64,000 nt of DNA. Origin: Candidatus Bathyarchaeia archaeon. Its GTDB lineage: Archaea; Thermoproteota; Bathyarchaeia; Bathyarchaeales; Bathycorpusculaceae. The notes beneath the pieces were generated by a model. The model was not told where the DNA came from. It searched no databases and saw only the letters and a program-made list of their open reading frames with translations. The stretch covers positions 32,001 to 96,000 of the forward strand of contig JBEKHN010000005.1 of the NCBI GenBank assembly GCA_050012255.1, given 5' to 3'. A program made the translations under genes and the position numbers. Of this stretch, positions 17,457 to 26,892 are shown piece after piece (the first letter of the stretch is position 1; each line of letters opens with the position of its first letter).

Positions 17457-19956
17457 GCAGTCGGCCCTGAAATCCCCGGCGAAAGTTGAGGAACCGCGCA
17501 TCGGCGTTTTCGTGTGCTACTGCGGTCTCAACATTGCTGGCACCGTGGACGTTGAGGATGTGGCCGAGTACGCCCGCAAACTGCCCAACGTGGTCTATGT
17601 TAAGACAAACCGTTACACGTGTGCCGACCCAGGTCAGGAGGAGATACGAAAGGGCGTAAGAGACCATAAGCTGAACCGCGTTGTGGTTGCAGCTTGTTCA
17701 CCCAGAATGCATGAGCCAACCTTTCGGAGAACTGTATCGGAGGCTGGGCTGAACCCCTTCCTGTACGAGATGGCAAACATCCGCGAGTTTTCGTCCTGGT
17801 GCCATCAAGGAACGCCTAAGGAGGCAACTGAAAAGGCAAAAGAACTCGTTAAGATGGCCGTTGCGAAAGTGAGACTTCTTGAACCGCTAGACGTGATCGA
17901 GGTCCCCGTTACTAACAGAGCGCTAGTCGTAGGTGCAGGCGTTGCAGGCGCAAGCGCCGCCGTTGACCTTGCAGAGATGGGTTACCAAGTGTACCTGGTT
18001 GACCGGGCCGAAATAATGGGCGGCCACATGGCTCAGCTCGGCAAAACCTTCCCCGTCTTTGAATGTTCAAACTGTCCACAGCAGATTCACTGTCCCAGGT
18101 TCTCATGCGTTGCCACAAGAATAGGCGCTGCGGCCGTAAATCCAAAGATTAGACTTCTTGCTTACACCGATGTGAAGCATGTTGAAGGTGTCATAGGAAG
18201 CTACAAAGCCAGCGTCGTAAGAAAACCGCGCTTCGTCGACGAAAACAAGTGCATAAGCTGCGGCAAGTGCTCTGAGGTCTGTCCTGTTGAATCATTGAAC
18301 AAGTTCGACGCGGGCATGAGGAAACGCAAAGCCATTTATTTGCCGTTCGCGAACGCGACGCCTAACACTTACACGATTGACAATGAGACCTGCCTTTACT
18401 TCAAGGACGGAAGCTGCAGGAAATGCCAAGAAATCTGTCCTGTGGATGCTGTGGATTTTGAGCAGAAACCTTCAGAGGAAAAGCTTGAAGTCGGCTGCAT
18501 GGTCGTAGCAACGGGCTACGACATCTACGAGCCATACGACCTCCCAAACTACAGCTTTGGAAAACACAAAGATGTCATCACGGCCCTGCAGCTTGAAAGA
18601 ATCATAGACACCGACACTCAGCTTCTCGGAGACCTTCGCAAACCTTCGGACGGTAAAATGCCTGAAAGCCTGACGTACATACAGTGCGTCGGCTCGAGGG
18701 ACATAAACAAGTTCGAGTACTGCTCAGGCTTCTGCTGCATGCTCACGCTCAAGAGCGCCGTTTTCCTCAAGGAGAAGTACGGTGACAAACTGGAAATCAA
18801 CGTGCTATACACTGACATGCGGGCAAACGGGAAAGGGTATGAAGAGCTTTACAGAAAGGGTCAACAGCTGGGCATAAACTTCATCCGTGTCGGCCTTACG
18901 AACAGAAACGTGAGTGAGAACGCGGAGACAAAGAAGCTCGTGGTGCGTGCTGAGAAGGAAAACGGTGAACCTGTTGCAGTTGAAACCGACCTGGTCGTGT
19001 TGGCAACGGCCGCGGTGCCGAGCCAGGGGTCGGAAGAAGTTGCAAGGGTCTTCAACATCAGCCGGGGAAGCGATGGGTTCTTTATGGAGAGCCATCCGAA
19101 GCTGAAGCCCATAGACACGCCGTCAGACGGTGTTTTCGTTGCAGGAGGTTGCCAGGGGCCGAAGGATGTTCCTTACAGCGTTTCTCAGGGCATGGGAACA
19201 GCTGCTAGGGCAGCAACTGTTCTTTCTAAGCCGACGTACAAGATTCAGCCCATAGTAGCCGTGGTTGACCCAGCAAAGTGCCGGAACACCAAAGTCAAGT
19301 GTGGCCTCTGCGCCAAGGCCTGTCCGTACGGCGCGATAAGAGCAGTTGAAGGCCAGGTTGCAGAGGCGATGAGTGCAATGTGCCACGGCTGCGGCACGTG
19401 TGTTGCCGAATGTCCAACAGACGCGATAACGCAGAAGCATTTCACAGACGTACAAATAGTGTCCCAGATAAGAGCTGCGTTGGAGACAGACGCAGAAGAT
19501 AAGATATTGGCGTTTCTGTGTAACTGGTGCAGCTACGCTGGCGCCGACTTGGCTGGCACAAGCAGGTTTGAGTATCCGCCGGTTATTAGGCCGATCAGGG
19601 TGATGTGTTCGGGCAGAGTTGACCGCGACTTTGTCCTTGAAGCTTTCAGGCTTGGAGCAGGCACGGTTATGGTGGGCGCCTGCCACCTTCCCTACGACTG
19701 CCACTACATCAGTGGAAACTATAAGATGAAGGCCAGAATGGACGCTTTGGCGCCGATGCTGCAGAAGCTCGGCATGAGCCCTGAGCGATTGCGTGTAGAA
19801 TACGTGTCGGCAGCTGAAGGTATCAAGTTCGCTGAGGTGGTCAAGGAAATAGCCGCGCAGATGAACGTGCTGGGCAGGGAAAAGATAATGGCGGAGAACG
19901 CGAAGATGCGGCCGATCTTGGAGAACATGCTGAAGAGAAAGGAACAGAAACAGTAA
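17449..19956 (+). CDS. hdrA: HdrA-MvhD fusion protein
   Basis: Full HdrA followed by MvhD motifs FLCNWCSYAGAD, RVMCSGRV, GACHLPYDCHYISGN. Confidence 0.94.
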   Translation: MSEQSALKSPAKVEEPRIGVFVCYCGLNIAGTVDVEDVAEYARKLPNVVYVKTNRYTCADPGQEEIRKGVRDHKLNRVVVAACSPRMHEPTFRRTVSEAGLNPFLYEMANIREFSSWCHQGTPKEATEKAKELVKMAVAKVRLLEPLDVIEVPVTNRALVVGAGVAGASAAVDLAEMGYQVYLVDRAEIMGGHMAQLGKTFPVFECSNCPQQIHCPRFSCVATRIGAAAVNPKIRLLAYTDVKHVEGVIGSYKASVVRKPRFVDENKCISCGKCSEVCPVESLNKFDAGMRKRKAIYLPFANATPNTYTIDNETCLYFKDGSCRKCQEICPVDAVDFEQKPSEEKLEVGCMVVATGYDIYEPYDLPNYSFGKHKDVITALQLERIIDTDTQLLGDLRKPSDGKMPESLTYIQCVGSRDINKFEYCSGFCCMLTLKSAVFLKEKYGDKLEINVLYTDMRANGKGYEELYRKGQQLGINFIRVGLTNRNVSENAETKKLVVRAEKENGEPVAVETDLVVLATAAVPSQGSEEVARVFNISRGSDGFFMESHPKLKPIDTPSDGVFVAGGCQGPKDVPYSVSQGMGTAARAATVLSKPTYKIQPIVAVVDPAKCRNTKVKCGLCAKACPYGAIRAVEGQVAEAMSAMCHGCGTCVAECPTDAITQKHFTDVQIVSQIRAALETDAEDKILAFLCNWCSYAGADLAGTSRFEYPPVIRPIRVMCSGRVDRDFVLEAFRLGAGTVMVGACHLPYDCHYISGNYKMKARMDALAPMLQKLGMSPERLRVEYVSAAEGIKFAEVVKEIAAQMNVLGREKIMAENAKMRPILENMLKRKEQKQ

Positions 19957-20065
19957 CGTGCTTCTGTGCTTGTGTGAGTTGAGTTTGTGTAGGCTCGGTG
20001 TTTCGCGTTTGACCCCCCTCGTGTTTTTTAGTAACGTCAGTTGTAATGTTGTGTGGTAACAAGTC

Positions 20066-20650
20066 TTGAAGAAGCAGACAGGTATGTGGGTCGATGCTCA
20101 AGTGTGGGGTGCCTACAGGATTCTTTGCAGCCGCGAGAAGCTGCGGCCGTCCGAGCCGTTAGAGGAGTTTCTTAAACTTGTGCTGCGGACCGGTTCGGCT
20201 TTATCGGTTTTGAACATGATGCAGGGTATGGCGAAGGCGAGGCTTCAAGGTTTGGAAGCTTATGCTCGCGTACTCCTCAACTGGTACAAAAATGGAAAGC
20301 AGTGGGTCTACGTCTCAGATGAGGGTGAGGCCCCTGTGGAAACGATGCTTTTGCACGCGTTGAAGGACGTTGCGGACCCGCAGCTGCGCAATGATATACA
20401 GGAAGCCCTAATGATGAAGCCCAGCAAACAGGCCGACGAGAAAGAAGGGAAGAGAAGAATAGATGCGAAAGAAGAGCCAGCGACAAAGCCAGAGGTGCCC
20501 GCAGAGCCTGCAGCAACCGCATTCTCGGAAAGAATCGGAATGATCGAAAAGCAAGTTGCGAATCATGAAATGGGCCCGGAACAGGCGATGAAAATGCTGG
20601 AGAAGATACGTCAAATGCGAAAAAAACTCAAGACTGATGAACAGGGTTGA
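20066..20650 (+). CDS. Hypothetical protein, possible ribbon-helix-helix-like N-terminus
   Basis: 194-aa ORF, TTG start; KQTGMWVDAQVWGAYRILCSREKLRPSEPLEEFLK has an RHH-like pattern; charged C-terminus. Confidence 0.6.
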   Translation: MKKQTGMWVDAQVWGAYRILCSREKLRPSEPLEEFLKLVLRTGSALSVLNMMQGMAKARLQGLEAYARVLLNWYKNGKQWVYVSDEGEAPVETMLLHALKDVADPQLRNDIQEALMMKPSKQADEKEGKRRIDAKEEPATKPEVPAEPAATAFSERIGMIEKQVANHEMGPEQAMKMLEKIRQMRKKLKTDEQG

Positions 20651-20830
20651 AGCTTGAACCGCGCAGAGTTCCAGGATCCCAAAAAACCATAAACCCTAGA
20701 CACGAGCAATTGTCCTTCCACCCCTAATAAAAGCGCACGCGGATTTGTGAACGTGCCAAGGGGCTCTCAACGCGGGCCGGCCGGGCGCGCGCGGTTCATG
20801 CGACCGATGGTCGTCTTCACTTGATAGTTA

Positions 20831-21049
20831 GTTACAAAACTGTACGCGGATTTTATTGAATTCGCGTTTATTCATAAACAAAGAAAATGATGGGGATTTG
20901 TGCGTTTGTAAGTGATTTTCCGTTCTCACTTCTTTACGGGCTTTTTCTTCTTTCCTTTTGCGGCTTTGGGCACTATTTTGGCCTCAAATACAATTATCGC
21001 GTTTTTTTATTTAAATTTATGGTTGGTTACAAAACTGTGCGCTGATTTT
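20831..21049 (+). repeat. 24-bp direct repeat pair
   Basis: GTTACAAAACTGTACGCGGATTTT (20831-20854) vs GTTACAAAACTGTGCGCTGATTTT (21026-21049), 2 mismatches. Confidence 0.8.
20926..20973 (-). CDS. Candidate 15-aa lysine-rich micropeptide
   Basis: GTG-start MPKAAKGKKKKPVKK*, GAGG and an AT-rich promoter-like tract upstream; lies between the 24-bp repeats. Confidence 0.4.
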   Translation of the reverse strand: MPKAAKGKKKKPVKK

Positions 21050-21411
21050 TGTTGGGTTGCGAGGTTTCTGGTATCTTGTCGAATAGTACTTGTTTGAAGT
21101 GTTCTATGTTGCGTTCTATCATGTTGAGGGATGCCTGAGCGTTTTCCTTTGAGTCTTTGCAGCTCTGAAGAAGCCATGTTTTGAAAAGGTCGTATAATCT
21201 GCTGGTAAATAGGTATTGTAGGCTGTTTTCGTAACTCTTTTTCGGTTCAAGGATACACTGAACTGCAAGCTTGAGTCCGTAGAGGTCGGCAAGTGTCAGG
21301 ATATTCGTTACGTACATTGTTTGTTCGTCTAAGGGAAAGGACTTGAAACGTTTTTTGTTTTCCAGAGTGTGCAAGAGCATCTGTCTAGTCTCGAGGCTTT
21401 GCTTAAGATTC
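21027..21411 (-). pseudogene. Probable C-terminal gene fragment, family unknown
   Basis: Frame is open (NLKQSLETRQMLLHT...) right up to the TAG inside the GCGCGCTAG motif at 21412-21419. Confidence 0.45.
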
Positions 21412-21729
21412 TAGCGCGCATGCCTGTTCCCAAATTCGTTTGCAGAGTATCTTGTGCTTCCGGCTTTACTCCGCCTATGGACAGTGATGGACGTCGGGAT
21501 ACGACGAGCATCGTTCAGAAGGCGCAAATCAACTCTATCACACTTAAAAATAGGAATTTAGGAACACGCTAGCGCGCGCTATGGCGATTGGGGGTGTTTC
21601 AGTCATTAACCACACTTTGAAGTCTTTCGATCAGAACCATTTCTATCCATTCGTGCGAAGGATTCCGTGCTATAACATTTCTTTCTGCGTAGCCTCTGCC
21701 AAGGCTTAGATTCAGCCAAGCTTGTAGTC

Positions 21730-24700
21730 TTATCTTCCGTCCGGTTTAGCCTTGGGTATGTTTATTGTGAATTGTGCTCCTTTGCCATGCGTGCCTGTTT
21801 CGCTGATCGTCCAGCCATAAACCTCCATCATCCTTCTAATCAGGTAAAGCCCGTAGCCTGAGCCTTTGCCAGTAGTGAAACCTTCAGTGAAAAGCTTGGA
21901 TTTTGCGTCTCGAGATATGCCAACGCCATCATCCTCATAGATCAGCTTCAGCTTGTCCTCGAATTCCTCATAGCGAACTCTGATTTGAGTTAACTTCTCG
22001 CCATACTTGAGCGAGTCATCAATCAAATTGTAGAAAAGCTGTCTCAGGAGCGAATCAGCCAACACGGTCAATCCTCCGCACTCGTTCGTTATTCTGATGC
22101 CCTTCAAGTCTGGGAAGAGCGACGCTGCCTCGTCAACAGCCTTGCCAACGTTCATGTTGACCAGTTGTTCGACGCCCAGCTTCTCGTATGTTCTGGCAAA
22201 CTCGAAAATGGCTTCCACGTTTCTGACCGCGTTTTCCATGTCGGCCAACTGCTCCAACGCTTCAGGGTTTCCAGCCAGCTTTCGCCTTAGCAGATAAGCG
22301 TTTCCAGTTACCGCGCAAAGCTTGTTTCGCACATCATGCCTCGTGAGGCTACCAACAACCCGCAGTTTTTCCTCCAGATTCTTCCTTTCCAAAATGTCGC
22401 GGAATACCACCAGATCCGCCGGTTTACCTTTATAATCGATTTTCGCCGCGTTTATTTCGTACACCAGTTTTCCCCCGTCCTTCTTCAGCATTTCGACTTC
22501 GTACGGTTCCACGTGCACTCCCATCATCCTTTCGGCCAAGTTCTTTATCATTACTGCTTTGGTCCTCGCCCCAAACATTTCTACTTTCAGCAAGTTCTTT
22601 CCGACAAGCTCTTCTTTCTTGAACCCAGTTATTTCTTCCACTTTTTGAGTGACTTCCAAGATTTTTCCTCTTCCATCCACGACAGCCACCGGGTCAGCCA
22701 TAAGGTCAAACAACATTTGGAAATGCTTTCTCGACTCTTCCGATTCTTCCTGCGCCCTTTTCAGCTCTGTGATGTCCTTGTACAAAACTATGTCACCTAA
22801 ATGCTGGCCTTGGAGCACGATTGGGGCAGAGGACAAGGCCACAGGAATTGGAGAGCCCTTTTTGTTCTTCCTAACAGTCTCATAGTAGACGTATCCTTCC
22901 TTGCCTCTCTGGGCTAACATCAACGCCTCTTTTCTCCTATCCTCTGGCACCACAAAGTCGTCGAGGAATTTTTCCTTGACTTCGTCAAAAGAGTATCCAA
23001 AAAGCTCGGTGAAACGCGGATTAACGTTCAAGACTCTTTCGTTTGGGTCTACGTACACTGCCGCCTCGGGATTACTCATGAATAGCTGTTCAAACTTCTC
23101 TTGATTCTCTTGAATCAGCTTTTCTGCGTTCTTTCGTTCAGAGACATCTCTCATGACTACTTGAACGCCTACAGGCTTGCCATCTTCAATCAATAATCCA
23201 GGATGCACTTCTGCCCATCGACTCGTTCCATCTTTCCGAACATAAAGGAATTCAACTGGTGAAAGTGGTTCTCCATTCATCAGTGAGCTGAGCATCTCTT
23301 GAAATTTTGGAATGTCCTCCACTGGAATAGTCTTCAACTCCGTGAATGGCTTGCCAACGATTCCTTCGTCAGAGTCATAGCCCACTAGCCTCAGGAAACT
23401 ACGGTTGGCCGATGTGACTATGCCTTCTGCATTCACAGCTACTATGCCGTCGGGAGCCAGCTCAATCAGATTTCTATATTTTTCCTCAGATTCCTTCAAC
23501 GTTTGTTCTGCTTTCTTGCGTTCGGTGATGTCTCTATGTATGACTTCTATACCGATGACCTTGCCTTTCTGTTTATACGTGCTAACACTGAGCTCAAGCG
23601 GAATGGATTCTCCTTTCTTGTTCATTCCCCTTATTTCGTATACGAGGGGAAGTTCCTCTTCTGAGTATTTTGTCTGATATTTTTCTAGAACCATGGCGCG
23701 ATCGTCAGGGTGGACAAAATCCAAGAACGCTTTGCCTTTCAGTTCTTCATCAGTGTATCCTGATGATTTCTTGAATGCTGCGTTGTAGTCTATGAGGCGA
23801 CCTTCTCTTCCAACGAAGATGCCCACAGGGTCTTGTATGCTTTCGAACAAGCCCCTAAACCTTTCCTCAGACTCTCTTAACAATTCCTCGCTTTTCTTGC
23901 GTTCAGTAATGTCTTCTATTGCACTCACAAAGCCTATTGGATTGCCAGAAATGTCTCTTAGAACGCTCGCACTAACTGACAGCGCCCGTCTGCTGCCATC
24001 ATTGGCGATAATTGTGTATTCTATGCTTCTCATTAGACCTTGCTTCAGGACTTTTTCCATGTTCTCCATTGCCCTTTGCCTGTCTTCCTCAGCGATGGGC
24101 TCAAGAGCACTTCTTCCGACAGACTCGCTTCTTGACGAATACCCAAAAATCTCCTGAGCCCGCCCATTGCACTCCACAATTTTCCCATTCAGATCAATAA
24201 CGAGAATGGCGTTAGGAGATGCATCGAACAAGCTCTGCAACCTCCTCTGCCTGTCAGATGACTCGCTTTCGTTTTTCTTGGTTTCAGTGATGTCCAGAAC
24301 TATGCCGACTGTGCCTGCAAATCGTCCATCGTGATCAAAAAAAGGGGCACCGGAAATCAGAGCATTCCGAACAGTGCCGTCGCTCCTGCGGAATACGGCT
24401 TCATAGCGGCTGGCCTCTCCTTGGCGGCGTCGTTGTGTCTCATTTTCTATTTTTGCCCAGTTCTCATCGTCGACTATTTTGTGCAGGTTCATGCCTGCAA
24501 GCTGGTCTTGTTCGTAACCAACGATGTCAGCGAATGCTTTGTTGGCATAAACAATGTTCTCTTCAGCATCCACATACGAGATTCCTTCAACCGCGTTCTG
24601 ATAAATTGTTCGGAGCTTCTGGACTGTCTCCTTCATCTGAGCTTCTGCGGAGTGTTTCTCCACAGTAGACCGCAGACAATGTGCCAGTTCACAATACACT

Positions 24701-25086
24701 GCTTCAGGATCGCCAGTCTTGTTAACATAGTGGTCAGCGCCCAGACTCCACGCCTTAACAGCAACTTCCTCTCTTCCTTTTCCAGTGAACATGATAAATG
24801 GGATAGTGTTTCCGTTCTTTCTCAGCATTTCCAGAAATTCAAGCCCATCTTTCCCAGGCATCTGATAGTCCGAAACGACCGCGTCATAATGCTCTTTCTG
24901 AAGCTTCGCTAACGCTTCTTCAACTGAACTCGCGGCGTCCACTTGGAATAGGCCCTGCAACTCCAAACATTGCTTCGCAACCTTCAGCAAAGCAGGCTCG
25001 TCGTCAACATGCAAGACACGAATCTTCGACTTCTCTGTGGAATCGACAACTATCTCGGCATGTGACTGAACAACAGATTCAACCAT
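21730..25086 (-). CDS. Hybrid sensor: receiver + six PAS domains + histidine kinase
   Basis: VLHVDDE..VSDYQMPGKDG..FTGKG (REC); six segments ending in xDITERK-like motifs; RHDVRN H-box; YEDDGVGI, GKGSGYGL. Confidence 0.94.
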   Translation of the reverse strand: MVESVVQSHAEIVVDSTEKSKIRVLHVDDEPALLKVAKQCLELQGLFQVDAASSVEEALAKLQKEHYDAVVSDYQMPGKDGLEFLEMLRKNGNTIPFIMFTGKGREEVAVKAWSLGADHYVNKTGDPEAVYCELAHCLRSTVEKHSAEAQMKETVQKLRTIYQNAVEGISYVDAEENIVYANKAFADIVGYEQDQLAGMNLHKIVDDENWAKIENETQRRRQGEASRYEAVFRRSDGTVRNALISGAPFFDHDGRFAGTVGIVLDITETKKNESESSDRQRRLQSLFDASPNAILVIDLNGKIVECNGRAQEIFGYSSRSESVGRSALEPIAEEDRQRAMENMEKVLKQGLMRSIEYTIIANDGSRRALSVSASVLRDISGNPIGFVSAIEDITERKKSEELLRESEERFRGLFESIQDPVGIFVGREGRLIDYNAAFKKSSGYTDEELKGKAFLDFVHPDDRAMVLEKYQTKYSEEELPLVYEIRGMNKKGESIPLELSVSTYKQKGKVIGIEVIHRDITERKKAEQTLKESEEKYRNLIELAPDGIVAVNAEGIVTSANRSFLRLVGYDSDEGIVGKPFTELKTIPVEDIPKFQEMLSSLMNGEPLSPVEFLYVRKDGTSRWAEVHPGLLIEDGKPVGVQVVMRDVSERKNAEKLIQENQEKFEQLFMSNPEAAVYVDPNERVLNVNPRFTELFGYSFDEVKEKFLDDFVVPEDRRKEALMLAQRGKEGYVYYETVRKNKKGSPIPVALSSAPIVLQGQHLGDIVLYKDITELKRAQEESEESRKHFQMLFDLMADPVAVVDGRGKILEVTQKVEEITGFKKEELVGKNLLKVEMFGARTKAVMIKNLAERMMGVHVEPYEVEMLKKDGGKLVYEINAAKIDYKGKPADLVVFRDILERKNLEEKLRVVGSLTRHDVRNKLCAVTGNAYLLRRKLAGNPEALEQLADMENAVRNVEAIFEFARTYEKLGVEQLVNMNVGKAVDEAASLFPDLKGIRITNECGGLTVLADSLLRQLFYNLIDDSLKYGEKLTQIRVRYEEFEDKLKLIYEDDGVGISRDAKSKLFTEGFTTGKGSGYGLYLIRRMMEVYGWTISETGTHGKGAQFTINIPKAKPDGR

Positions 25087-25278
25087 GCAAATCACACTTT
25101 ACACTAGTCCACTACACGCACGTGCACCTGTGACGTTGTTTTGAATGTCCTTCTCCTGATTAAACACTTATGAACACAAAATCAATACTCAATGGCAACC
25201 CCTCCAAAACCACACAAACACTCAACACAAGACCAACATTCAGCCGTAAAAGCGCGCGTGCAAAGCGTTCAAAACGAA

Positions 25279-25309
25279 GACGAGAGTTCGAATCTCTCCC
25301 GGGCTACCA
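25279..25309 (+). tRNA. tRNA 3'-half fragment (probably tRNA-Gln); att-like scar, not a complete gene
   Basis: GAC GAGAG TTCGAAT CTCTC CCGGGCT A CCA = T-arm + 3' acceptor strand + CCA; no 5' half upstream; CCGGGCT-A fits the A1-U72 pair of archaeal tRNA-Gln. Confidence 0.78.
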
Positions 25310-25719
25310 CTCTCGAGTTTGATTATACTAAATTCTGCTGAGAGGTTTCGCTCATTTCCCCTCTTTTTCTGTTTCTAGGAGACGATCATCCTTGAATGAG
25401 TGTAAAGTCGTTCTTGTTTTCAGAAGGTATGAAGAGTTTTGGAGGTTCTGTTTTTCAGAGTGCAGAGATTTCAAGCTCGGTTGTGCTAAGTCTTGCAAGT
25501 TTAGGAAGGCTCTTGTTATCTCCCATGCTGATCGATCCAGCTACTTCTTGCCGTTAATTCATAATACTTGTCGATGGAGAGATGAGCAGCGCGCGCTACC
25601 AAAAAAACAACCTGCAATAAATCTATTGCTATCCTGTGTTTCTCTGTTCTTTAGCTCTTTCAGCTTGACTAGAGCCTTTTCTTTGAGGGGCAATCTGGAT
25701 TTCTGCGATATTTGAAGAA

Positions 25720-25875
25720 CTAAGTTATACTTGTTCCTGTTTTCTCTCTACAATACCAACAATAGCCTTCTTCATCCATATTATAGTCTTTACATTTTGG
25801 ACAAAGTCTTCCTTGTCTTGATTCTTCAAGAAATCGTTTTCTTGGTTCTTTCGAAGTTTTTTTCTCTTCACTCAT
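25720..25875 (-). CDS. Small zinc-ribbon protein
   Basis: MSEEKK..LCPKCKDYNMDEEGYCWYCREK; GAGGT upstream of the ATG. Confidence 0.62.
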   Translation of the reverse strand: MSEEKKTSKEPRKRFLEESRQGRLCPKCKDYNMDEEGYCWYCREKTGTSIT

Positions 25876-25916
25876 TTTTAAACCTCTAGTTTGTCTTCTG
25901 TTTACGCGCAGATAAT

Positions 25917-26100
25917 GCGCGCGCCGTGAAAGACAATGATTCACCCGTCCTCTCCTTGTAATTATGCATATACTCACGGGCCTTAGTCACGTCAAGCTCA
26001 ATCAACCCGTAGACCCGATTCTTCACTGCCATGTTATCCAGCATCTCAATACCCCAACCGCGATTCTTCCTTACTTCCCGAAAAGTCCCTATGTAATCCA
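25917..26100 (-). pseudogene. N-terminal fragment of a 2-oxo-acid dehydrogenase E2 catalytic-domain-like protein
   Basis: Manual translation IEMLDNMAVKNRVYGLIELDVTKAREYMHNYKERTGESLSFTA; the E2-type ExDVT..LSFTA pattern stops exactly at GCGCGCGC. Confidence 0.68.
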
Positions 26101-26319
26101 GCTCTCATCCCAACCCAAGACTATTCGCAGATACTATTTGTCAACCTTGGCAGTAAAAGACCTTGCGCAACATAATCTAAGCGCGCGCTACAATGTTGAG
26201 ACAGCACTGCAGAATATCAGACATAATCAAGGGTGGCGTTGTCAGGTGGCTACCTCATGAAGAGGCTTGAGAGAACTAAGAGACTAAAGAGAGATAGACT
26301 ATTGCGCTAATCTCGCGCG

Positions 26320-26451
26320 CTATTTCTTACCTTTATCATATTCTGCAGGGAGTTCAACACTCCGTTTCTCTTTCCTTTTCAGTTCCTTCTCTCTCTGCAA
26401 TTTCATGTGGCGTTTATGATCCATAGCTTTCTCTTTCTTGCCTTTGGGCAC
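26320..26451 (-). CDS. Small basic protein (43 aa)
   Basis: MPKGKKEKAMDHKRHMKLQREKELKRKEKRSVELPAEYDKGKK*; SD GGAGGGTGA; the TAG stop overlaps TAGCGCGCG. Confidence 0.62.
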   Translation of the reverse strand: MPKGKKEKAMDHKRHMKLQREKELKRKEKRSVELPAEYDKGKK

Positions 26452-26667
26452 AATTCACCCTCCTTAAGATTAGACTATGCTCTCACGTCTATTAAAATTG
26501 CGCGTGCTTTGCCGTAGTAGAAACTGATGGATCGATCGATCAATGATAGTAGTGGTTGAACAATGATATCGTATCAGAGAGGTTTGCAAAGAACAAAGAG
26601 ATTGAAAAGAGATTAGTCGTAGTGTGCTCGATAGAGCACGTTAAGAATGAATGTGAGATAAATGGAA

Positions 26668-26754
26668 CTATTTCTTTAATCGCTTTTCCTTGTGTTTTTT
26701 CCTTTTCTCTTCTCGTTCTTTCTTAGTCATCGGTTTATTCTTGGCGCTTCCCAT
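26668..26754 (-). CDS. Small basic protein (28 aa)
   Basis: MGSAKNKPMTKKEREEKRKKHKEKRLKK*; GGTGA and AAAAACCTTATT promoter-like sequence upstream. Confidence 0.55.
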   Translation of the reverse strand: MGSAKNKPMTKKEREEKRKKHKEKRLKK

Positions 26755-26892
26755 ACTCAATGCAATCACCACTGAAGAATGGTTAGAACAATGAATAAGG
26801 TTTTTGCACATAAAGAACTAAGAGGTTAGAAAGAGGTAGGCAGTTTTGAGCTCGAAGAGCTCGCTGAGCCATCAAATAGTATGTTCATGAAG

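Noticed and set aside
15396-19956. Selenocysteine read-through in HdrA/MvhD, or evidence of methanogenesis
   Set aside because: The relevant positions are Cys codons with no in-frame TGA; no mcr/mtr genes in the window.
26257-26310. Micro-ORF MKRLERTKRLKRDRLLR (+ strand)
   Set aside because: It falls within the AG-rich repeat unit and is easily produced by composition; reported as a repeat instead.
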